Below, piece by piece: positions 20,724 to 29,719 of a DNA stretch of 64,000 nucleotides. Numbering within the stretch: position 1 is the stretch's first letter; every line of letters begins with the position of its first letter. The stretch is from assembly GCA_039028615.1 (NCBI GenBank), contig JBCCHT010000022.1:147026-211025 (forward strand), given 5' to 3'. A program made the position numbers and the translations under genes. Origin of the DNA: Myxococcota bacterium. Its GTDB lineage: Bacteria; Myxococcota_A; Polyangia; Nannocystales; Nannocystaceae. Below the pieces are notes generated by a model. It was not told where the DNA came from, searched no databases, and saw only the letters and a program-made list of their open reading frames with translations.

Positions 20724-23447
20724 TCAGTCGGAGATGATCCAGGTCTCGCCGGCCAGCGCCATCATGTTGGGCTCCTGGCCCCACCACAGCGCGACCGGCA
20801 GGTGCTTGAGCGCGGTGAGCATGCCCAGCGGCACCGCGCTGCGCAACGCCATCATGGCCGGGGTGGCGCTGCCGAAGGCCGATGCTCCGGTACGACCCAG
20901 CGGCGAAGGGATGTCGAAGCCGAACATCGCCCGCAGGTTCTCGATGGGGCGTCGAGCGGCGGGTACGATTTCCACCGTGCCTTCGTCGGGCTCGAGGCCG
21001 GCGATGGCCCGGGCCCGCAGCACCGCCTCTCGCACGCCGCCGTAGTCGTCGACCAGGCCCTCCTCGATGGCTCGCACGCCGGACCACACGCGGCCCCGCG
21101 CCACTCGATCGGCCTGCGCCAGCGTCATCGAGCGGGCTTTGGCCACGCGTGAGAGGAACTGCCCGTAGACCATCTCGACGTCGGCCTGGGCCGCGGCGCG
21201 CTCGTCTTCGTCCATGGGCCGCAGCCACGAGCGCATGCCCGCCCGGCGGCCGAAGTCTTCCTCGTCGACGGTGATGCCCAGCCGCTCGAGCGCGCCGGAC
21301 ACGTCCACCTTGGGGAAGAACACGCCGATGCTGCCCGTGAAGGTCGTCGCGTCGGCGTAGATGTACTGGCCCGAGGTCGCGATGTAGTAGCCCCCGCTCG
21401 CGCACGCGTTGCCCATGGAGATGACGACCGGCTTGACCTTGCGGACCAGGTCGAGCTCGCGGGCGATGGCGTCGGCCGTGCCCACGTCGCCGCCGAGGCT
21501 GTTGACCCGCACCACCACCGCGCGGACGCTGGGGTCCTTGCGCAGGCGCTCGATCTCCTTGGTCAGGGTGCGATCGCCGGCCACCGTGCGGTCGATGATG
21601 GGGATGGTGAAGCTGTCGCCGCGGACGAGGTCACCCTCGATGAGCAGCACCGCGATGCGCGGGGGCGGGCCGAAGGCCATGCGGTGCTGCTGCGACTGTT
21701 GCGGGGTCTCGATGCGAATGCGTCGGCCCAGCCACTTCTCGAGCTTGGCGTCGAGCTCGTCGGGGAAGGCCAGCTCGTCGACGATGCCGCGCTCCAGCGC
21801 CTCTGGGGAGGACATCGGCTGGTCGTCGATCCACTCTCGGACCACCCGCACGTCCTCGCCGCGGTCGCGCGCGATCATCCGCAGCACGTGGTTCCAGACG
21901 TCGGCGTACAGGTGATGCCGCTGCGAGGCCACGGGCGCCGAAGCGGTGCTGCGGTGGGCTTTCTCGGGCCACGCTTTGTACTCGGCCACCCGCACGAACT
22001 CGGGCACGACCCCCAGCTTCTCGAGCAGCTCGCCGTAATACAGCGTCTGCGTCCGCATGCCGGTCATCTCGAGACCCAGGTGCGGGTGCACGATGATGCG
22101 ATCGGCCGCGCTGGCGAGGAAGTAGCTGCGCAGTGCGCCGCCGTTCATGTACACGATGACCGTGCCGCGACGGTTGCGGACCCTCAGCATCGCCTCGCGG
22201 ATTTCCTCGATCTGGGCGAAGTCGAAGCCCATCGAGCGGGTCTCGAGCAGCACCGTGCCGCGACGCTCCGCCGCGTCGTCGAGCTCGTCGAGCACCGCCA
22301 TCATGCCGCGGTCGCCGTCGTAGCGAGCCAGGGCGAGCTTGGCGACCACGCGCGGCCGCGATGCCACCGCGGGGTACCGATCTTGCGAGATGCGTAGGCG
22401 CGCCGCCGCCCCGTCGACCCCGAAGCCGCTGCCGTTGCGGGCGTTGATCGACGCCAGCGGCGCGACCGCGAAGCCCACATTGGCGAAGTTGATCTCCACC
22501 CCCGCCTGGACCCGGGCCGCGACGCGAGCGGCGGCCAGGTTGTCCTCGAAGACGATCGGGTTGAAGCGCATCATCTCGGCCTCGGCGAACAGCCGCACGC
22601 CCCCAAACGAGGTCATGATGCGCCCGCGAGGGTCGGCCTCGTTGATCCGAAAGCGACGCAGCGCGCCGGGAATGGCCGGGGCAAAGCGAGCCCCCACCGC
22701 GACCTCGAAGGCCGGCGTGCCCAAGGGGCGGATGGCGATTTCCGGGTCGATGACGACCGGCTGGATCTCGGCCTCTTCCCGACCGGTACGCGGCATGTTG
22801 ATCGCCCGCCCCACCAGGCCCATGGCCAAGAACCGGCTGGGCCAGTAGCTCACCGCCAGATCGAACTGGTTGGTCCCGTGGGCGTGGAAGTTCCCCGAGG
22901 AGACCGAGCGCGAGACACCAAAGCCGATGGACAGCCGGTCGAGACCGCGGGCGAGGCTCTTGGCGCGCGGGCGAAAGACCCGGACCCAGGAGCCCAGCGG
23001 AATGGAGGTGGCGAAGGTGACCTTGTGGAACAGGTCGTCCGTGCCCTGCGGATCGGCCAGGTCCTCGCCGTCGTCCGACTGCGGCCCCTCGGGCTGGAAC
23101 GGCAGACCCAGCTGATAACCCAGGCCCAGCGCGATGAGGCGCAGCGGCACGGGGATGCCGATGAAGGCCCCCACCCCGCTGCCCCTACGACGGCGCTGTT
23201 GCCCCATCAACGAGAAATCGATCACCCCGTTGATGCCGTCGAGAAAGCCGAGGTTGGCCGGGTTGGTCACCGTCGACGCGCCGTCGCCCTCGCCGGCCAC
23301 GACCGTGTAGACCCGATCGTTGTCCCGCGTGATCGGTCGCGCCTCGCCCTCGAGCGGGTTGGCGTGGGTCGGGCCGGGCGCCAGGGTGAGGGCTGTGCCC
23401 GCGATGGCAGCCAGTCTCGCCAGGCGTCGCGCGAGCGCAGAGATCAT
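20724..23447 (-). CDS. sppA: Signal peptide peptidase SppA (S49) with a large N-terminal beta-rich domain
   Basis: YFLASAADRI, AEYK (Lys), VRVNSLGG, CASGGYY (Ser), TGSIGV, ARGRVWSG. ATG 23447 overlaps the mutS2 stop (ATGA). Confidence 0.9.
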   Translation of the reverse strand: MISALARRLARLAAIAGTALTLAPGPTHANPLEGEARPITRDNDRVYTVVAGEGDGASTVTNPANLGFLDGINGVIDFSLMGQQRRRRGSGVGAFIGIPVPLRLIALGLGYQLGLPFQPEGPQSDDGEDLADPQGTDDLFHKVTFATSIPLGSWVRVFRPRAKSLARGLDRLSIGFGVSRSVSSGNFHAHGTNQFDLAVSYWPSRFLAMGLVGRAINMPRTGREEAEIQPVVIDPEIAIRPLGTPAFEVAVGARFAPAIPGALRRFRINEADPRGRIMTSFGGVRLFAEAEMMRFNPIVFEDNLAAARVAARVQAGVEINFANVGFAVAPLASINARNGSGFGVDGAAARLRISQDRYPAVASRPRVVAKLALARYDGDRGMMAVLDELDDAAERRGTVLLETRSMGFDFAQIEEIREAMLRVRNRRGTVIVYMNGGALRSYFLASAADRIIVHPHLGLEMTGMRTQTLYYGELLEKLGVVPEFVRVAEYKAWPEKAHRSTASAPVASQRHHLYADVWNHVLRMIARDRGEDVRVVREWIDDQPMSSPEALERGIVDELAFPDELDAKLEKWLGRRIRIETPQQSQQHRMAFGPPPRIAVLLIEGDLVRGDSFTIPIIDRTVAGDRTLTKEIERLRKDPSVRAVVVRVNSLGGDVGTADAIARELDLVRKVKPVVISMGNACASGGYYIATSGQYIYADATTFTGSIGVFFPKVDVSGALERLGITVDEEDFGRRAGMRSWLRPMDEDERAAAQADVEMVYGQFLSRVAKARSMTLAQADRVARGRVWSGVRAIEEGLVDDYGGVREAVLRARAIAGLEPDEGTVEIVPAARRPIENLRAMFGFDIPSPLGRTGASAFGSATPAMMALRSAVPLGMLTALKHLPVALWWGQEPNMMALAGETWIISD

Positions 23448-25954
23448 CCCTTGATCCATACCACGGTCACCGCGTCTCCCCCTTCGGCGGGCAAGCCGGA
23501 CCGATGGCGATGAACATGGGGCAATCGTGGCAGGTGCTCCCGCACCACGCGGCGCAGGGCTCCCGACCCGTGGCCGTGCTGCAGCACGACGACGTCCTGG
23601 TCGTCACCGATCGCCCGAGCGAGGAACACCTCGAGCATGGCCATCGCGTCGTCGGCCCGCTGCCCCCGAAGATCGAACTGATTTTCGAAGGTCTTGCGCA
23701 CGGGCTTGGCGTCGTGACCGAAGTGACGACTCGCGGTGGAGGGCGGTCCCTTGGGCGCCTGCACGACCTTGGGCCGGGGCCGGGCCCGCCCCCGCAGAGC
23801 GGAGCGCTCGACCACCGTCTTGGCCAGCGGAAGCTGCACGGTGATGCGGTCGCCCTTGACCGCGAGCACCTCGCCCTCGGCTCCCAGGGTCTCCACGAAC
23901 ACGCGGTCGCCCACTTTGATCTCGTCGGGCGCCTGGCCCGGCGTGGGCTCCGAGGGCACGCGCCCCTTGTGCACCCCGCCGCGTGCTTGCTTGGCAAAGC
24001 TGCGGGCCTCGGCTTCGCTCGGCGCCACCTGGCCGTCGCGAGCGGACTGCAGCGGGGCCTGGCGCAGGCGTTTCTTACGGCGCCGAATCTCGTCCTCGAG
24101 CGCCCGGAGCTCGCGGGCCGCCGCATCGTGGGCCTTGGCGCGACGCTTCTGCGCTTGCTCGACCTCGCCGCGCTCGCGGGCCTCGAGCCGAGCCTCGGCC
24201 GCCTTGACCGCGGACCGCTCGGACTCCAGCGCCTCCCGCAGCTCGGCCATGGCCACTCGCTCCGCCTCGAGCGCCTGCAGCAGCACGTCCACCCGCAGGC
24301 GCTCGTCGCTGAGCATCGCCTCGGCGTCTTCCAGGACCGCCTCGTCCACGCCCAAGCGTCGGGCCACGGCGATGGCCGAGGAGCTGCCCGGCACGCCCAT
24401 GTTCAGCTCGAAGGTCGGCCGCAGCTGCGCCAAGTCGAAGCCCACCGCCGCGTTGGCGAAGGCCCCGCTCGGACCATGGGTAGCCAACAGCTTGAGCCGC
24501 TCGTAGTGGGTGGTCGCCACCACCGTCGCGCCCCGCCCCACCAACCGTCGCAGGATCGCCTCGGCCAGCGCCGCGCCCTGCTCGGGATCGGTGCCCACCG
24601 CGACCTCGTCGAGCAGCACCAGGGTCCCCGCCGCGTCCTCGGTCGCATGGTCGAGCGCCTCGATGACGTGCTTGATGTGCGCGCTGAAGGTGCTGAGGTT
24701 GGCCGAGATCGACTGGTCGTCGCCCACGTCGGTGATCACGTGGCGATACAGCGGCACCGTGGCAGGCTCGACCGTGGGCAGGCGCAGCCCCGCCTGACTC
24801 ATCAGGACGCACAGCCCCAGGGTCTTGAGCGCGACCGTCTTGCCGCCCGCGTTCGGACCGCTGATGACCAAGCCCCCGCCCAGGCGCACGCGCAGATCGT
24901 TGGGCACCACCTCGGCGCCCGACAGCACCATCAAGGGATGACGGGCGGCGGGCAGGTCGAGCGATGCGTCGGGCTCATCGGGATCGACGACGGCGGGAGG
25001 CTGGCCGCCCACCGCCTCGCCGAGCAGCAGCCGAGCACGGATGTGATCGAGCCGAGCCAGCGCGACGAGGCCTTCTCGCAGCGCGTCGGCCAGGGCTCCG
25101 ACCCGCGCCGAAAGCTCGGCCAGGACGCGCCGCTCCTCGGCCCGCGCGCCCATCTGGGCCTCGCGCAGGCGGTTGTTGTCGTCGACCAGGCGGGTCGGCT
25201 CGACGAACAAGGTGTGCCCCGTCGTGCTCGCCCCGTGGATGATCCCCGAGACCGTGCCCGGCGTGCCCACCCGCGAAAAACCACTGCTGCGCACGGGCAA
25301 CACCACTCGACCTTCGCGCTCGGTCCAGTAGCGGTCGGCCAGCGCGTCGGACAGCTCCGAGCTCTTGGCCATGCGCTCGGCCCCTCGCACCAGGGCCTGC
25401 CGCGCGCTGCGAACCTGACTGCGAGCCTTGGCCAGCGCAGGGCTGGCATTGTCGGCCACCGTGGGTTCGCCCTGAGGCCCCTCGAGGGCGATCGCCTTGG
25501 TCAGCGCCGCGGCCAGCTCGGGCTGGGCCACCAACCCGGGCAACGCCTCGACCAGCGCTTCGTGCCCGGAGCGCATGCGGTCGCTGGCCTGGGCCCACAC
25601 CGCCTCGTCCACGGGTCGCACCAGGGGCGCCAGGCGTCCGAGCGCATCGGCCAGCTCGCCCACCGCCCACAGCTCGGCCGGCTCCAGCGAGACACCGCGA
25701 GCGGCCCGGGCCAAGGGCTCGTCCAGATCTTCCACTCGCTCGAGCTGCCCACCGACTCCGAGCTCGCCGTACCACTGCACGGCCGCCTCGAGTCCGTCTT
25801 GCTCCGCGAGCAATCGCCGAACGGCGTCGGGCTCATGATGCCGCTCCCAGGGTTGCGCACTGCGATCGAGATTGCGCGCGAGCGGGCTGGCCAATGCGGC
25901 ATCAAGCCGTTCGCACAGCCGATGCCACTCCAAATGCTGAAAACAGGAGCTCAT
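23444..25954 (-). CDS. mutS2: MutS2-family ATPase with C-terminal Smr domain
   Basis: ISGPNAGGKT Walker A, DVGDDQSI..NLSTFSAH, LLDEVAVGTDP, coiled coil, KOW-like region, Smr DLRG...HGHGSGALR. Confidence 0.95.
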   Translation of the reverse strand: MSSCFQHLEWHRLCERLDAALASPLARNLDRSAQPWERHHEPDAVRRLLAEQDGLEAAVQWYGELGVGGQLERVEDLDEPLARAARGVSLEPAELWAVGELADALGRLAPLVRPVDEAVWAQASDRMRSGHEALVEALPGLVAQPELAAALTKAIALEGPQGEPTVADNASPALAKARSQVRSARQALVRGAERMAKSSELSDALADRYWTEREGRVVLPVRSSGFSRVGTPGTVSGIIHGASTTGHTLFVEPTRLVDDNNRLREAQMGARAEERRVLAELSARVGALADALREGLVALARLDHIRARLLLGEAVGGQPPAVVDPDEPDASLDLPAARHPLMVLSGAEVVPNDLRVRLGGGLVISGPNAGGKTVALKTLGLCVLMSQAGLRLPTVEPATVPLYRHVITDVGDDQSISANLSTFSAHIKHVIEALDHATEDAAGTLVLLDEVAVGTDPEQGAALAEAILRRLVGRGATVVATTHYERLKLLATHGPSGAFANAAVGFDLAQLRPTFELNMGVPGSSSAIAVARRLGVDEAVLEDAEAMLSDERLRVDVLLQALEAERVAMAELREALESERSAVKAAEARLEARERGEVEQAQKRRAKAHDAAARELRALEDEIRRRKKRLRQAPLQSARDGQVAPSEAEARSFAKQARGGVHKGRVPSEPTPGQAPDEIKVGDRVFVETLGAEGEVLAVKGDRITVQLPLAKTVVERSALRGRARPRPKVVQAPKGPPSTASRHFGHDAKPVRKTFENQFDLRGQRADDAMAMLEVFLARAIGDDQDVVVLQHGHGSGALRRVVREHLPRLPHVHRHRSGLPAEGGDAVTVVWIKG

Positions 25955-26171
25955 CTCGTCGTCCTCGAGCGCGTGGACCTTACACGAAAGTCAGCCGTGA
26001 AGACTGCATCACGGATCGCCGCCTGCCGCATTCGGAAGGCCCGCTGCCGGCCAAAATCCCCTCCTGGGTCCCTGCGGATGGCCCTAGATGGAACGGCGTA
26101 CCGGGCATAAGATGCCGCAACCTGGCCCTAGTCCGCGCGCGACGACGGCCGCTCACACCTGGGAGGCATCG

Positions 26172-27599
26172 GTGACCGCCACTCGCTCTCGTCCACGCTC
26201 GCTCCGCTCCTTCAGTGTCCCCACCCTCTTGGCCGTGCCGCTCGCGATGCTGGCCACGACCTTGCTCCCGACTCTCGCCTGGGCCTCGGGCGGAGGCGAG
26301 GGTCACTCGGCTGCGATTCCGCCCCTGTGGACCACCTCGTTCTTCGTGGTGATGCTGCTGTCCATCGCCATCTTGCCGCTCACTCCGCTCGAGCACTGGT
26401 GGCACAAAAACGGCAACAAGCTGCTCGTGGGCGTGGTGCTGGCCGCATACCCGCTGCTGCAGGTCACCGTCATCCAGCCCAACATGCACGCCCTGCTCGA
26501 GACGGTGCACGAGTACGTCTCGTTCATCGTCCTTCTGGGCACGCTGTTTTATGTCAGCGGCGGCATCTTCTTGTCGGGTGACCTCAAGGCGACCCCGGGC
26601 ACCAACCTCAAGTTCCTCGCCTTCGGTACCGCCATCGCCTCGGTGGTCGGCACGACGGGCGCGTCGATGTTGCTCATCCGCCCGGTGCTCCGCACCAACC
26701 ACGAGCGCAAGTTCAAGGTCCACGTCGTCGTGTTCTTCATCTTCCTGGTGTCGAACATCGGCGGCTCGCTGCTGCCCATCGGTGACCCGCCCCTGTTCCT
26801 CGGCTACCTCCGCGGCGTGCCCTTCTTTTGGACCCTGGGCCTGTGGAAGTTCATGCTGCTGGTCTCCGGGGTGCTGCTGACGATCTTCTACTTCATCGAT
26901 CGGCACTACTACTCCAAGGAGGCCAAGAGCGACAAAACCTACGACGCCGCCAGCGTCGAGCCGCTGTCGATCAAGGGCAAGATCAACCTGGTGTGGCTGC
27001 TGGGCATCGTGGCCTGCGTGGCCTTCATCGGTCCCGAGTACGGGCTGGCGCGCGAGGGCGCGATGATCGCCTGCTGTGCGGCCTCGCACTTCACCACCCC
27101 CGAGGGACTCCGCGAGAAGAACTCCTTCACCTGGTTCCCCATCCTGGAGGTTGCCGCGCTGTTCATCGGCATCTTCCTGACCATGATCCCCGCCCTCGAG
27201 ATCCTCAAGTCCCAGGGCGGCTCGCTCGGCGTCGACACCCCGGCTCGGTTCTTCTGGTTCACCGGTATCCTGTCGAGCTTCCTCGATAACGCCCCGACCT
27301 ACCTCGTGTTCTTCAGTACGGCGCAGGGCATGGTGGAAGAGGGCGCGACCGCCTTCCAAGGCCTCGAGATGGTGGACAGCGTCGGCATCCCCGTCATCAT
27401 CTTGCAGGCCATCTCGGTCGGCGCGGTGTTCATGGGCGCGAACACCTATATCGGCAACGGGCCGAACTTCATGGTCAAGGCCATCGCCGAGGAGCAGAAG
27501 GTCGAGATGCCCGGCTTCTTCGGCTACATGAAGTGGTCGGTCGGGTTCCTGATCCCGTGCTTCGTCGCGGTGACGGTCGTGTTCTTCCTGACCCAGTGA
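26172..27599 (+). CDS. Sodium:proton antiporter / ion-transporter (IT) superfamily permease
   Basis: Multi-TM protein with GTTGASMLLIRP, SNIGGSLLPIGDPPLFLG, SSFLDNAPTY, GANTYIGNGPN; GGGAGG SD. Confidence 0.88.
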   Translation: MTATRSRPRSLRSFSVPTLLAVPLAMLATTLLPTLAWASGGGEGHSAAIPPLWTTSFFVVMLLSIAILPLTPLEHWWHKNGNKLLVGVVLAAYPLLQVTVIQPNMHALLETVHEYVSFIVLLGTLFYVSGGIFLSGDLKATPGTNLKFLAFGTAIASVVGTTGASMLLIRPVLRTNHERKFKVHVVVFFIFLVSNIGGSLLPIGDPPLFLGYLRGVPFFWTLGLWKFMLLVSGVLLTIFYFIDRHYYSKEAKSDKTYDAASVEPLSIKGKINLVWLLGIVACVAFIGPEYGLAREGAMIACCAASHFTTPEGLREKNSFTWFPILEVAALFIGIFLTMIPALEILKSQGGSLGVDTPARFFWFTGILSSFLDNAPTYLVFFSTAQGMVEEGATAFQGLEMVDSVGIPVIILQAISVGAVFMGANTYIGNGPNFMVKAIAEEQKVEMPGFFGYMKWSVGFLIPCFVAVTVVFFLTQ

Positions 27600-27617
27600 A
27601 CGAAGCGAGCGTGCGGC

Positions 27618-27650
27618 AAAAAGGCGCGTCCCTCGGGGCGCGCCTTTTTT
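27618..27650. terminator. Bidirectional intrinsic terminator
   Basis: aaaaaggcgcgtcc-ctcg-gggcgcgcctttttt, with A and T tracts flanking the stem between convergent genes. Confidence 0.9.
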
Positions 27651-27656
27651 GTCGTC

Positions 27657-28322
27657 TCAGTCCGACTCGAGCCGGGCCTCGATGAACGCGGTGGGATCGT
27701 AAAACCGCGAGACCTTGCAGAAGCGGGGGCCGACGTAGCCGCACACGTGACCGTCGTACTCGCCGCGGCGGATCCCGAGGTGGATGTGCTCGGGGCCGTG
27801 GCCGTTCTCGTCGTCGTCGCCGATGTAGCCGAGCAGCTCGCCCTTGCGCACGACGTCGCCGACGTCGACCGGGATCCGGTGCCCCGAGTGATTGCACAGG
27901 TGACCGTAGATGGACACGACGTACTCGCCGCTGGGCAGCTGGTGCTCGACCGCGACGACCGAGCCATAGCCCTCGAGTCCCCCGCGCCGAGCCTGGCGCA
28001 CGATGCCGTGGCCGATGGCGAAGACCGGGGTGAGGTGCTCGTGTTTGCTGTCGTCGCCGACGTGGTTGTTCGGCACGAGGAACCGCCGCCCGTGGGCGGA
28101 TCCGGCCTCGTAGCCCTCGGTCGGGAACTGGAACGACGTGGCGACTTCGGGCTGCGGCGGCGCGGCCTCGGGTCGCGGCGGCGGGGACGGTTCGTCGATC
28201 TCGGGCCTCGCTACGGCGGGCGCCGCCGCGGGCGGCTCGCTCGGTGGGGGCTGCCCGCCCGCAGGAGCACACGCGACGCAGAGCGTCAGATCCCACAGCA
28301 GTGCGCGGCGAAGCAACGACAT
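27657..28322 (-). CDS. M23 family metallopeptidase, putative lipoprotein
   Basis: HVGDD (HxxxD), YGHL, VGDVVRKGELLGYIG, HIHLG (HxH); CVA-C lipobox-like. Confidence 0.9.
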   Translation of the reverse strand: MSLLRRALLWDLTLCVACAPAGGQPPPSEPPAAAPAVARPEIDEPSPPPRPEAAPPQPEVATSFQFPTEGYEAGSAHGRRFLVPNNHVGDDSKHEHLTPVFAIGHGIVRQARRGGLEGYGSVVAVEHQLPSGEYVVSIYGHLCNHSGHRIPVDVGDVVRKGELLGYIGDDDENGHGPEHIHLGIRRGEYDGHVCGYVGPRFCKVSRFYDPTAFIEARLESD

Positions 28323-28767
28323 CGAGTTCCTCTTCGACCCCCGCGATTTCAATACGCAACAACCAGGGCTCGCGCCAGCTGACATCGTTCAGCGGCCTCG
28401 AAACGAAGTGTTTGCCGCAGTTGCTTCGCCGTCGTCACGTTGGCTCCAGCACTCGAGACAGGCCCGACGACCGCCCGGCGCGAAAACATCGTGAACCAGC
28501 GGCCCGTTCACGAACACCGTCCAGCTCTCCGTGCGCTTCCCCCCGCACTACGAGGCGTTTCGGGCCCTCCACGTCGCATACGAGTGCCGTGCCCTGCCCG
28601 CTATTGTTCAATGATCCCGTCGCGTTCACCCCGAACCAAAACGATCGGTGACCGGACTCGCAACGAACGCTCGCGCGCATGTTCACACACCGCCGGGGGG
28701 TGCAGGGCTTGTTCCGCTCGGACAACCTGTGTCAGAAGCCGCAGACAGGCAAAGGGGCGGAAGAACG

Positions 28768-29679
28768 ATGGATTCGAAGACTTGGCTCATTGGTGTGGAC
28801 CTTCGACAAAATGCCGAGGGGGCCCTGGCCTTTGCTGCGTGGTTGGCCAGCGTCAGTCGAGAGGACACCTTCATTCCGGCGCACGTGCTCGTGGCCGAGC
28901 ACCTGCAAGCGGTGCTGCAGCGACATCACCTGGCCGAGGTCCAAGACGCGGCCAAGGTCGCGATGAAGGCTCAGATCGAAAAGCACGACACCGACGGTCA
29001 CTTCGCCGATCCGATCCTCATCGAAGGCGGCACCGCCGAGGGCCGGCTCGAGATCGTTCGCGAGGAGCGAAGCGCCAACGTCCTCGTGGTCAATCGTTTC
29101 GCCACCGAGTCGCGCCGACGCTTGCGTCGCCTCGGCCGCGTCGCTCGTCGCTCGCTTCGGGCCCTGCGCTCGCCCGTCATCACCTGCCCTCCCGGACTCA
29201 CCGTGGATCGCGTGGGCAAGGGACCGGTGGTCGTCAGCACCAACCTCACCGAGGAGTGCGGTCAGGCCCTCAAGTTCGGGGCCGACCTCGCCAAGCGAAC
29301 CGGCCGCAAGCTGGTGGTCGCCACCGTGCGACGGCTCCCCGACCAGCAGGCGCCCGCGTACCTGGGCGACCAGACCGCCAGCAAGGTGGCCGAGGCCCGC
29401 AAGGAAGAGGCCGGCGTCGCCCTCACCAAGTGGATCGAGGACCACGGCGTCACCGTCGATGATCAGGCGGTGCTGCTCGGCGAGGTGGTGACCAACATTA
29501 CCGACTACGCCGCAGAGCAAGACGCCTGCGTCATCGTGGCCGGCTCGCGGCTGCTGTCGAAGATCGAGCGCATGTTCCTGACCTCGGTGGGCCGGGGCCT
29601 GTCGGCCGTCAGCACCACCCCGGTCGCCATCGTGCCGCCCAAGGACGCCGAGGCCCAGGTCACCAAGGCCGCCAGCTAG
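28768..29679 (+). CDS. Tandem-domain universal stress protein
   Basis: WLIGVDL, LGRVARRSLRALRSPV, VIVAGSR...LTSVGRGL...PVAIVP. Confidence 0.88.
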   Translation: MDSKTWLIGVDLRQNAEGALAFAAWLASVSREDTFIPAHVLVAEHLQAVLQRHHLAEVQDAAKVAMKAQIEKHDTDGHFADPILIEGGTAEGRLEIVREERSANVLVVNRFATESRRRLRRLGRVARRSLRALRSPVITCPPGLTVDRVGKGPVVVSTNLTEECGQALKFGADLAKRTGRKLVVATVRRLPDQQAPAYLGDQTASKVAEARKEEAGVALTKWIEDHGVTVDDQAVLLGEVVTNITDYAAEQDACVIVAGSRLLSKIERMFLTSVGRGLSAVSTTPVAIVPPKDAEAQVTKAAS

Positions 29680-29719
29680 GCGGACCTCGAACGCCAGGGT
29701 CGGCGGGCAACAGGCTCGC

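Noticed and set aside
23504..26110. Long antisense ORFs (868 aa here; also 13315-15177, 30134-32968, 36672-39071, 47438-49114, 49381-51216, 59673-61838)
   Set aside because: Shadow frames of well-supported genes, expected from GC3 bias; they carry no recognisable motifs.
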